Source: the human T2T-CHM13v2.0 reference genome, Homo sapiens. Taken from it: a stretch of DNA of 64,000 nt. The DNA is taken from the NCBI RefSeq assembly GCF_009914755.1, contig NC_060927.1. One strand, given 5' to 3'. Both the position numbers and the translations under genes were made by a program. The notes under the pieces were generated by a model. That model made no database searches. It was given only the letters and a program-made list of their open reading frames with translations, and had not been told where the DNA came from. Each line of letters starts with the position of its first letter. Positions within the stretch are counted from its first letter, which is position 1. Below are positions 1-11,472 of the stretch, piece by piece.

Positions 1-136
1 TGGGGATCCTGTCAGGAGTTTATACTGACCCGCCATCAATGCTAAGAGGGACCTGAAATATTCCCGCGAGGGAAGTGGCCAGAGCAGATGCAGCGAAAAA
101 AGGGTGCAAGAAACCTCCAGTAGGTGGGGCTAAAGG

Positions 137-290
137 ATAGGCAAGAAATCTCTAACACAAGGTATTGAGCCTTAACAAGCTCCCCAAGGAAGAATAGGCA
201 AGAAATCACTGATACAAAGGATTGAGCCTTAACAAGCCCCCAGAGAAGAATAGGCAAGAAGTCTTTAGTACAAGGGATTCAGCCTAACTA
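137..290 (+). repeat. Three ~56-57 bp diverged tandem repeats in the proviral leader
   Basis: ATAGGCAAGAA..TC...ACAA.G.ATT.AGCCT.A recurs at ~137, ~194 and ~250. Confidence 0.85.
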
Positions 291-299
291 GGACCCAAC

Positions 300-665
300 A
301 TGGGAAATACGCCAAGCAAGACAAGAAGTAAAAAGGATAAAAACAGCAACAAAGATAGTCCCCCCAATCTCTTGTTAAAAGACCTAGCCCCCTAGGTCTC
401 ATGTTAAAATATTGGAAAGATAATAAAAGGTTAGAAAAGCCAGTTCCCATGCCTAAAGACCATCACATGGGATCCCCTACACTGTCTTCCCCTGCTCAGT
501 GACCCCAACCCTTTCCTCTCAGGCAGCTGTTGCCATCCTAGATCCTGCTTCATATCCTTCCCCTACTCATGTTACTCCTCCTCCTTACAATTCTCACTCT
601 TGGGAATCAACACCCTATGAACCTATTCCCTCCCAGCCTAAGTATCCCTCCTTAAAGGGACTCCA
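300..665 (+). pseudogene. ERV gag 5' remnant (matrix/late-domain region), disrupted
   Basis: ATG GGA AAT (MGN myristoylation-type start) at 300; SPLGLMLKYWKDN; WDPL; VTPPPYN late motif; ends at PKYPSLKGL. Confidence 0.8.
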
Positions 666-1227
666 TGCACCTAAGTCGCCAGGCAGCTTTTGTAGGGTGG
701 GCAGCATCAAGGATCTGCCACACTGTGTCACTGGCATCGTCCGGGCCCTGGTGTGCCTCCACAGTAGGCAGAGCCCACGCTCCTGCCCCCTTGCTGGTCC
801 AGGGTTCAGGCACCATGTAAAGGGTGGCTCTGCAAAACATGCAGACCAGGCCACGGGCCAAACCCCGAACAGGCTACATTATGGGACATCTGCCTTACTT
901 CTGCTGGGGCCAAGTGGTGCAGGGATTTGGCTGCGGCTCCAAGCAGCTGGGCATCCCTGCAGCTAATTTTCCTGAGTAAGTGGTAGATAACCTTCCAGCT
1001 GATATATCCACCGGCATTTATTGTAGTTGGGCCAGTGCTGGAAGTAGAGATGTCCATAAGATGGTGGTGAGCACAGGATGGAACCCATACTACAAGAATA
1101 CAAAGAAGCCCATGGAAACACATATCATGCATACCTTCAAAAAAGACTTCTATAAGGAAATCCTCAATGTGATCATTGTTGGCTACCCCAGACCAGAAAA
1201 GAACTTTGATTCTTTAGAGTCACTTAT
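666..1227 (+). pseudogene. RFK (pseudogene copy): Processed (intronless) riboflavin kinase (RFK) retrocopy: GC-rich 5'UTR plus codons 1-116, 3'-truncated, premature stop at 977-979
   Basis: From ATG 881: [51 protein letters not shown]...GWNPYYKNTKKPMETHIMHTF...RPEKNFDSLESLI, colinear with human RFK ([45 protein letters not shown]...). The 5' boundary is approximate. Confidence 0.93.
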
Positions 1228-3012
1228 ATTAAAATATACCACTGGAAAAGTATTACATGTGTATGAGTATGAGGCTACTCTGTTAAAACAAGAGGATGAT
1301 TTAACCACTGATAATTTGCTTAACCCAGGAGGTTTCTTAACAAGAGTTCTAAATCTAAAAAGAAAGCACACATGTTTAGATTTAATTGATTACCATACAA
1401 AGGTCCGGCCAAAGTTAGGAGAAACTCACTTCAGGACTGGGCGACAGTTCTTTATAGATGGCTCCTCCCAAGTGATTGAAGGAAAAAGACACAATGGGTA
1501 TTCAGTAATTGATGGAGACGCTCTTAAAGAAATAGAGTCAAGAAAATAGCCCAATAATTGGTCTGCCCAAACTTGTGAATTGTTTGCACTCAGCCAAGCC
1601 TTAAAGTACTTGCAGAACCAGGAGGAACCATCTATACCAATTCTAAGTACACCTTTGGGGTGGCTCATACATTTGGAAAGATTTTAGGCTGAACGAGGTC
1701 TTATTAACAGTAAGGTCAAAACCTTGTTCACAAGGAATTAATCACCCGAGCACTGAATAACCTTCAGTTGCCAGAGAAAATCGCTATTGTCTATGTCCCC
1801 AGACACCAAAAAAGCCTGTCTTTTAAGAGTCAGGAAAATAACCTAACAGATCAGATAAGCCAAACAGGCTGCCATTTCTTCTGAAATGCCTGTTCTCCAC
1901 TTAACTCCTTACCTTCCTCCTCCTACTGTGATCTCTGTTTTCTCTTCCACTGAGAAAGAAAAGCTAGTAAGAACAGGCACTAAAGAGAGCTCAGAATAAA
2001 AATAGATATTGACAGACCAAGTCTTGTCCAACCTGCATCAAAGGACTCATTAAGGACCCCAGGCCATGTGTGATGCAGTCTTCATGGAACTTATACCCTA
2101 GCCAAAACGGGTTATAGATAGTTGCTTTATATGTAAATATATGAAAACTGATAAACAAACTATAAAAGAGATTATCCCTTGGGGAAAGGAGTCCAGGCTT
2201 AAGACCATTCCAAAGTACCCAAATTAATCAGAGATGCCTCTAACGGGTTGTCTAAAATACTTATTAATGACAATAGATCACCTCACTCACTGGGTCAAAT
2301 GCAACAGCCAATAATATAGTTAAGGCATTAATTAAAAATATAGTGCTCAAGTTCAGGCTAATAAAAAATATTGACTCAGACAATGGAACCCATTTCACAG
2401 CTCATATCATTAAAAAGCTATCCCAAGCCCTAAACATTAAATGAAAATATCATACTCCTTGGCACCCACCGTCATTAAGGAAGGTTAAAAAGACAAATCA
2501 GAGCTTAAAGAACCATCTAACCAAATTAGTTATAAAGACTCAGTTGCCATGGACCAAATGTCTTCCAATTGCCCTGATGAAAATCCAAACTGCTCCTCAA
2601 AAAGATACAGGCCTTTCCCTTTATGAGATGGCTCTACAGACTGCCTTATTTACACTCCACTGCTGACATTCCTACATTTAAAACAAAAGACCAATTCCTC
2701 AAGAATTATATACTTGGTCTCTCCTTTACTTTCTCTTTTTCTTAAAACCAAAGGTCTCTTAGCACAGGCGCTAACCCTGGAGCTCTCAGTCCATTAATAA
2801 CAGCCTGGGGATCACGTCCTCATCAAGGAGGAAAAACTTGAGCTGGCCTGGGAAGGACCTTACCTGCGGCTTCTAACCACTAAAACCGCAGTCCAGACAG
2901 CAAAAAAAGGATGGACCCATCACACCCGAGTCAAGAAAACACCACCACCTCCAGAGTCATGGGCCATTATCCAAAGAAAAAAACCTCTCAAACTAAAGCT
3001 ACAAAAAGTTTA
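1228..3012 (+). pseudogene. ERV pol 3' remnant: tether, RNase H and integrase, with many stops and frameshifts; protease and RT absent
   Basis: LKY..EATLL..DDL..LNPGGFL; FFIDGSSQVIEGKRHNGYSV; SAQTCELFALSQAL; HHCC remnant (LHQRTH, DSCFIC); IDSDNGTHF; WEGPY; GWTHHTRVKK. Confidence 0.9.
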
Positions 3013-4912
3013 ACTCTCTTTCATCTTTCCATCTATTCTATTACTTTCTTCTTTTCTCATTCTATTGATGACCACCTTGTTATCAATGTAACTAGGTCAG
3101 ATTCACCCCAAATCAATACCTTTGATGCTTGTCTTGTTACACCTTGTGAGGACGAACAATGACAAAGACAAATCTCTACTTTAGAAAAATACCTCTGCCC
3201 CTCCAGAAAAGCCACTGACCCTGCATCTTGCTCATGGCAGGGGTACCAAGACACCCCAAATTGAGAGATATGTTCCCAATGGGCAGATATCATCTGGACT
3301 ACCAGAGATCCGGGCTGGACCTCCCCAGATGGCTGTACCAACCTAAAATCTTACCTCCACTTTTACCAAAGGAACCACCCCCTCTAATTGTCCATCTCAC
3401 CATTGTAACCCAGTAACTATTTCCATTAATACTCCTACCTCCACCAACCCTACACCCCCTTCAGAGCACTTTTACGGCTTAAGAGTAAAGACCAATGGAT
3501 ACAACCCTATATGCTTCTTTAAAATGCGTTTTATTAACCTCCCTCCTCCTTCTCCATCTAAACCTTCTACCCTGCCCTACAACAATGCTGAAGTAAACAT
3601 TGTAGAAGCAGATGATCTAAGGCAAACTCTAGCAATTAAAATAGGATATCAAGATACAAATGTCTGGTTGAAATGCATCAAAAATTCTGTCCGCACATTA
3701 AACAAAAGCAATTGTTATGCTTGTGTGCATGGCCGGCCAGAGGCCCAGATTGTCCCCTTTCCACTCGAATGGTGCTCCAGTCAACCGGGCATGGGCTGCA
3801 TGGTAACTCTCTTCCAGGATTCTACAGCTAGGAGTAATAAATCATGCCAAGCTCTCTCCCTGCTCTATCCCAAAGTCCAACACCCTGTGGGTCAGCCCCC
3901 AAGGGCCATCCAGCTTCCATCTCTCAATGTCAATTTCACCTTGTGTCTCTCACGGAATGGGAAAAACTTGGCGTTCCTGGGAAGCTTAATGGAACACAGT
4001 GAGCTTAGGCCCTTCCAAGAGCTTACCCATCAGTCTGCCCTTAGCCATCCTTGAGCAGGTATATGATGGTATTGTGGTGGACCCTTACTGGGCACTCCAC
4101 CAAGTAACTGGAGCAGCACTTGCTCTCTTGTCCAGTTGGCTATCCCTTTCACCCTGGCATTTCATCAAGCAGAGAAAAAAAAAAAATCACAACACTGAAA
4201 AGTAAGAGAAGCCCCTTATGGGTCTTTTGACTCTTAAGTTTATTTAGACGCAATTGGAATCTCACAGGGAGTACCTGATAAATTCAAAGCCCAAGACCAA
4301 ATAGCTGCAGGATTTGAATCATTGCCTCCATGGGTAAGTATCAACAAAAATGTAGATTGGATAGATTACATCTATTATAATCAGCAGCGATTTATTAATT
4401 ACACCAGAGATGCTGTCAAAGGAATAGCTGACCAATTAGGTCCTACTAGCAAGAATGGCTTGGAAAAACAGAATGGCCCTAGACATGATATTAGCTGAAA
4501 AAGGTGGAGTTTGTATTATAATGAAAACTCAATATTGTACCTTCATCCCAAACAATACTGCCCCCAATGAGAGCATAGTGAAGGTCTTGCAAGGGATTAC
4601 AGCTTTATCCAATGAATTAACTAGAATCAACAACTCTTTTTCAAGATGGCTAAAAAGGTGGTTCAATAAATGAAAAGAAATCGTGGCCTCAATTCTTACT
4701 TTGCTTGCAGTTGTAATACTTGTACTCATTCTTATTGGGTGCTGTGTCATACCATGCATTGTAGGTTAGTGCAAACGCTTATAAAAACAGCACTTACTAA
4801 AATCTCCCTTAGCTCTCCTCCACCTTATGCAAGTAAGCTTTTCCTTTTAAAGGATCAAGTCGGACAGCAAAGCCCAGACATGTTAAAAAGGTTTAAAGAG
4901 AAAAGATTATAA
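3013..4912 (+). pseudogene. ERV env remnant (SU+TM), near full length but disrupted
   Basis: Hydrophobic signal-like LFHLSIYSITFFFS; CYAC motif; immunosuppressive domain NRMALDMILAEKGGVC, CX6(C)C region, TM helix and cytoplasmic tail to TAA 4912. Confidence 0.88.
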
Positions 4913-4930
4913 AAATTAAAAGCAGGGAAC

Positions 4931-5447
4931 TGTAAGATATAATGAATTTCTCTTCAAAGGTTCAGCCTGTTAACTTCCTTGTTCTTTGTTCTCAAACTCA
5001 ACTTTCTTGTCCTCCATGCCTCCTTGCCTCTAGTTACTGTAAACAACCTTCCCATCAGCTCTAATCAATAACTCACATCTGTTCCCTTGGTTACCCACTC
5101 TGCACCCATTCCACCTTTTTGAAACCACACGTCCACCCTTCGAAACCACACATCCCACCACTGTAACTCACCTTCCCCTTCCCTCTTCCTTATTTAAAAA
5201 AAAAAATTCACAAGTAGCCAATCAAGTCAGCTTAAATTGTGCGGTTCAACCCCAGCCCACAGGGGAGTGACACTGAGGTAGGGACTACACATCAGAAATA
5301 AAAACCCCTTCTCTCCTTTGTTCCCTGTGCTCTCGCCATTGCTCCATCCACGAGACACGCCCTTCTGCAAAAATAAACTGCCTTGCTAAGAAAACTTTTG
5401 CCTGAGTGCTGGTTTCACTTTGCAGCACCAAGCATTTACTTCCAACA
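4931..5447 (+). mobile_element. 3' LTR, LTR10 family
   Basis: Preceded by purine tract AAAAGCAGGGAAC; begins TGTAAGA and ends TCCAACA; two AATAAA; followed directly by L1 sequence. Confidence 0.85.
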
Positions 5448-6200
5448 TGTCTACACAAAAAAGTGAACACAAATGTTTACAGTAGTTTTACTCATATTTG
5501 CCCAAAAGTAGAGGCAACCAAGATGTCTTTCAATAGGTAAGCAGCTAAAAAAATTGTGGTATATCCATACAATGAGGTATTATTCAGGGACAAAAAGAAA
5601 TTAGGTATCCAGCCAGAAAAAGACATAAAGGAATGTTAAATATATTGCTAAGTGAAAGAACCACGTCTAAAAAGGCTACATACTGTATGATTCCAACTAT
5701 AGGACATTCTGAAAAAGACAAAACTATAGAGATAGTAAAAAGTTCAGTGGTGGCCAGGGGATGGGAGGAGGTGGATGGGAGGAGGGGATGGGAGGAGGGG
5801 GATGAGAAGGTGGCTAAATAGGTGGATGTTGGGATTCTGGAGGCAGTAAAACTATTCTGCATGACACTGTAATCGTGGATACATGACATTATGCATTTGT
5901 CAATACCCACAGAACTATACAATAAAAAGTGTGGGCCCTAATGGAAATTATAAAAGGTAAATTATATACTTCAGTTAATAATTTAGTATCAATATTAGTT
6001 CATCAATTGTAACAAATGTACCACAGCATTGCAAGATGTTAGTAACCGGGAAAAATGTACCACACCAATGCAAGATGTTAATAACAGGGGAAATGGGGAA
6101 ATATGGGTGGGGGTAAGGGATTATATAGGCTCACTCTACTTTCTGTTCACTTATTATGTAAACCTAAAACTGCTTTAAAGAACAGTCTCTTTTCTTAAAA
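5448..6200 (+). mobile_element. Old L1M (L1MB/MC-like) 3' end, into which the ERV inserted
   Basis: Typical L1M 3' motifs (CAACCAAGATGTC, TATGATTCCAACTAT, TGTAACAAATGTACCAC, AAACCTAAAACTGCT). Confidence 0.8.
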
Positions 6201-6291
6201 AGTAAGAAAGAAAAAGGCATGACAGCACAATGGTTCTAAGCCACTAGAGTATGTATCACTTGGAAAGTTTATTCATTATTAAAATTTTAAT

Positions 6292-6601
<310 letters not shown>

Positions 6602-8089
6602 TAAACTTTTAATTTTAGACTAGACCATCACATTACTTCTTTGCACTCCAGTTTCCTCAAATGTAAAATGAGAGAGCTAAATTTGACAGACAGGAACATG
6701 AATCAGAATACTAGAGTCACTTTCAGCTCAAAATTTATTTTCTTTTCTACATGAACCTAAGTTTGAACTAAAACAAATTCTAAAGCACAGACTCCTTTAT
6801 TTATCTTAAACCTTTTCACGATAGGCAAACAGAATTTTCATTATTTTCAATGTAAGGTGATAACCAAACTGTCTTATAAGTAAATTAATGATAAGTAATG
6901 TATTTCCTATCACAATTTTCTCTCCACAAGATCAAGAGCATTTAGTCTTTTGCAACTGTTTGAAGTATTCAAAAAGATCATCAAGAGTGTAAGTTAAGAA
7001 TCTGAGATAACTATAAGGAATCAGATACTCTCAAGAAGGCAATCCAGATAGATAGGCTACCAGTATCTCTCACTGGTAGCAACTTTCTCATATTCCCTAA
7101 CATTCACGTAACCAAAGACGAACACACACTAAACCCAATGCCAGGAGAAGTCAATTTCCTTGTCTTAAAAGTAGTGTAAGTCTCACACTAAATATCAAAA
7201 GCCTCATCCTAGAAAACTAAGATTTATGATCTATCCTCAAGCAACTAGTACATAAAATAGCATCTGTGTGCTATAGAATATGGTACATAACAAATAAGTG
7301 TTTTCCAATTAATTTATTCAACAAATAGTTGTGTAACATTTACTATATGTCAAGCACTATGCTGAGCAATGGAACAGAATGATGAGCAAAACCAAGTTTA
7401 AACTCCATTAGGGAAGACAAACTAATATATGTCAAGTGGTAATAAATACAATATTTTAAAAACAAAGCAACATAACTGGTAGGGTATTTGTTGACTGGGA
7501 AAGGACACATGAAAGCCTTCTGGAATAATGATGAAGATGTTCTGTACTTAACTTGATCTGGGTGTTGTATTCACTGAGCAGTACACTTAGGCTTTATGCA
7601 ATCTGCTGTATATGTTCTACCTCCAAGTGTTTTTTAAGCCTGTTAAAAGCAACACCTAGAATATCAATGCTGTCCAGCTCTAATGATGATTTCCTCTTGA
7701 TTACCACAATTGTTAATACACTTCCAAATATATGAACTACGTATCTTCACAGTTCTTCACAGAACTATGTAAATACAATTACAATGTCTAGAACCGTTAA
7801 AGCCAATCATTTAGTAAGCATCAACTGGCTACAGATAAGGTAAAAGAAAACCAAACTCTTACCTCAACTTATAGGAAAAGATAAAAACAGAATGATGCTA
7901 AAAAGGAGTCCTACAACTACTCATAATAAATATAGAATGTGATATAAGTGCCTTTTAAAAATAAACCTACCTTTAACCATTTAGTATTTCCTCATTTCCT
8001 CCTCTGTTCCAAAACTCCAGAGTTTCTCTTAGAGGGGAACAAAAGGAATGCAAGAACTGTGCATTCAAATTGTTCCAAGACTCATACAA

Positions 8090-8345
8090 AGTCTAGCATA
8101 GTCACTAAGAGCATAAACTCTGGAGCCAGACAGCCTGGGTTAAATACTGGCTCTGCCACTTACTAACTGTATTACTTTAGCCAAGTTTATTTATTTCAGT
8201 TCCCTGTGCCTCAGGCTCCTCATCTGTTAAGCAGGGATAATAGAATCTTATCTCATTGGGTTGTTATGAAGACTAAATGAGTTAATTTATGTACTGTGCT
8301 TAGAACAGTAGTTGGCACATAAAAAATGCACTAGATAGGTGTTTA
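8090..8345 (+). mobile_element. MIR
   Basis: CTCTGGAGCCAGACAGCCTGGGTT..GGCTCTGCCACTTACT core. Confidence 0.85.
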
Positions 8346-9454
8346 TTACTGCTGCTACTGCTGCTACTAGGAGTCCTACCAGAATTGGCACCTAGGTACC
8401 ACAAACAGGCAAATTAATCCAGTTAAGAAAAGGTATGGATCCTAACAGCTAATGTCATTGGTAACACTCCATTTCTGCTCCCATTTATACCCAGAATAAC
8501 AGTACTTTTAGTATGACTCTGCCCTATGTTAATACATCAACTTAGCACATTCCATCTAAATTGTCACTTATATTTGCACTACATAAAACAGATCATATGA
8601 TGCCTAACCAATGACACAAAACATTCAATGAAAGTCAATCAAATTCCCAAGTACAGAAAAGGGAAAAAATCCCTATACATGTCAAGGGAAAAGTTAGTAG
8701 CTAAGGCAAATCTAGTTCCTTTTTAATGGGTTTTGCTAGACAGTCTCAATTTGATGAATGTCCAACCCTCCAAAATGAATCTGTCTCTTCACTTTATCTA
8801 CATGACAATTCAAATCAACAATTTAATCAGTATCTGTACCTACTATGAATCTAGCATGTCCCTAGATACAATCAGAGAATGTAAAAATTGTATGAGACAT
8901 AATCCTTGCTCTGACTGACTAGTTAGGAAGAGTCTAACACAAAAGCAATCCATTTATTCAGTCAACAGACACTTCTTGAGGGAATATTCAGTGAATGTGG
9001 CTCCAGGCCTGGCCTGGGTGGTTTTAAAATTTACAAAGGAAATACGGTCAAATGGATAAAAGCTGCACAATGTTAAATACAACAAAAGCGGTAGAGGGTA
9101 TGAAGGAAGCAAGAAAAAGAAAAATCTGGAATGTCAGAAGACTTCCTGGGAAGGTAGCATCTGTATTAGATGTTGAGAGACAGGTAAGTTGACGAGAAAG
9201 AGAAGAGAGAACATTTAAGGCAGAGGTAAAAGCATATACTAGAGACAAATCCACATGCCTTCTGAACAGAAGACAAACCCAGAAAGGTAGCCAAAGATCT
9301 TACACCATGATAAAGGACTTAAGCTTTATTCTGTAACAAATGAGTAGTAAATAAAAGATTCATATGGGGGGATATATGATCAGACTTCTGAATGTTTACC
9401 TGGGGTAGGACAGAAGAATAGACAAGGCTGGAGACAGAAAATAAGTAACAGCCC

Positions 9455-10132
9455 AAGGGTAGGCAAACCTTTTCTGTAAAAGGCCCGACAGTAAACATTT
9501 CGGGCTTTGCAAGCCATACAGTCTCGGTCACAACTACAAAATTCTGCCTTCGTAGCATAAAAATAGCAATAGACAATTAATACATAAACTAATGAGCAAG
9601 GCAGCTGCTTTAATCCATTTTGTAGTGCTATGACAGAATACATGAGACTGGGTAATTTATAAAGAAAAGGTTTATTCACCTCACAGTTCTACAGGCTAGG
9701 AAATTTAAAGGGCATGGCCCTGGCTTCTGGTGAGGACTTTCATGCTACATCACAAAATGACAAAGAAGCTCAAAGGGGAAGTGGTCAGATGTGAAGACAA
9801 AAAATCTGGCGGCATCCTGGCTTTATAACAATCCATTATCTCAGAATTAACCCATTCCCATGAGAACTAATCTAGTACCACCAGAGCAAGAACTCACTCA
9901 CTGCTACAAAAAGGTACAAAGCCATTCATGAGGGATCCACCCCCCATGAAACAAAACATCTCCCACCAGGCCTCATCTCTTAACACTGCCACATTGATGA
10001 TCGAAACAAGTTTTAATGCTGAAAAACAAACCATATCTAAACCACAGAAGTTGCATTCTAATAAAACTTGATTTACAAAGACAGACGGCTAGCCGTATTT
10101 GGCTTTATGGGCTATAGTTTGCAAACCTCTGG
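9455..10132. mobile_element. MER58A hAT MITE split by a MaLR LTR
   Basis: GGGTAGGCAAACCTTTTCTGTAAAAGGCC start and TAGTTTGCAAACCTCTG end. Confidence 0.8.
9606..10047 (-). mobile_element. MaLR solo LTR (MST/MLT1A-like)
   Basis: GAGACTGGGTAATTTATAAAGAAAAGGTTTATT...CAAACCATATCTAAACCACAG. Confidence 0.8.
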
Positions 10133-11175
10133 TCTAGGCAGAGTGATAAGGTCCTAAACTAAAGTGAAGGCTCTAGTAAATGAAGAGGAATAGGTTCCAA
10201 AGATATTTAGGGGGTAGACTTGAAGAATGACTACTGGTGGAGAACTAGGTGTAAGGAGGAAACAACTTTGGTTCCTGGGAAGGAAGCCAGGGGCGTCTAT
10301 GGATAATGGTGCCATTTACCAAGATAGAGAGGAAGAAGAAGAATATAGAGGTTTCATTCTGTTTAGGGGAGGAGAGAAGGTCAGGAGAGAAAATGAGTTC
10401 AGTTTTAACATGTTCAGTTTAAAGTAGCTGTGGAACATGTAGGTGGTAATTCCTGCAGGTCTAGGATTCTGAAAAGATCTGGGTTAGAGGACTAGATCTG
10501 GTCAAAGCAGTAGAATTAATATCTAGTTTTTCATAAACCAGATCACTAGGGTAGAAGGAAGGTAGGCAGAGTATGAACAAATGGCTGAGGTCAAAATATA
10601 AACACTTAAACGGGGTAGGTGGCTGGAGAGGTAGAGAAGTGCTCTGCAGGCAAGACTGAGGAAACAATCTGAGAGGCAGAAAAGCAGTTTGAGTGAAGTG
10701 TTATGGGTCACTGTAGCTAAATTAAACTACAGGATACAATCATTTTGAGAAGAAATCAGTGGGCCAAACACCAGGTCTAGTAGGGTCTAGGACACTCCAG
10801 ATGCTGTCTATCAATTTCTTTTTTTTTTTTTTTAATGATGGAGAAAAAAATCAGTGGGCAAGCAAGAGAACAGGACGTTGGGACATAAAACTGAATAGGC
10901 TGGTTTACAAAAAAACAGATATTGAAAGAAAGTCAGAAAATTTTAATCAGATGAAAATAGGCAACAGGACAGTTTTCTTAACTAGAATGGGACATAGCTC
11001 AACTATTTAATTAGGTAACATAATCTGTACTATGTAGGGAAGCTGTAACACTGAAGGAAATAAAGATAAAATAGCTGTTAAAGATATAGCACAGCCACTC
11101 AGTAGACTGGATTTACTTTATCATGAATAAAGGTTTTTTAAAAGTACACAATTAATTATAAAAAGCACTATACTG

Positions 11176-11472
<297 letters not shown>

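Larger units (their letters stand above)
1..5447 (+). mobile_element. HERV-I (HERVIP10/LTR10 group, class I ERV) provirus, internally deleted; 5' LTR lies left of the window; antisense to GSK3B
   Basis: Colinear leader, gag (MGNTPSK at 300, PPPY), RNase H (FFIDGSS), integrase (IDSDNGTHF, WEGPY), env (NRMALDMILAEKGGVC), purine tract and TG..CA LTR. Family assigned from remembered env ISD and LTR similarity. Confidence 0.88.
8810..10710 (+). mobile_element. Degraded L2 fragments hosting nested elements
   Basis: L2-like purine-rich segments (ATTTATTCAGTCAACA, GAGTTCAGTTTTAACATGTT). Confidence 0.6.

Noticed and set aside
137-290. Spaced direct repeats as a CRISPR-like array
   Set aside because: Eukaryotic ERV leader; the units are contiguous with no unique spacers.
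499-966. Possible Gag-RFK fusion protein
   Set aside because: The gag frame runs through the RFK leader but is out of frame with the RFK CDS and stops at 966, and upstream gag is broken.
980-1549. 189-aa ORF as a functional riboflavin kinase gene
   Set aside because: The upstream stop removes the N-terminal nucleotide-binding motifs, the C-terminus is missing and there are many substitutions. Treated as a pseudogene chimera.
3524-4054. 176-aa env ORF as a domesticated syncytin-like gene
   Set aside because: Only a fragment between stops and frameshifts; the signal peptide and TM are disconnected.
5003-5036. Run of CWWG cores in the LTR as a p53 site
   Set aside because: The 5' flanks are pyrimidines and the spacing does not fit RRRCWWGYYY x2.
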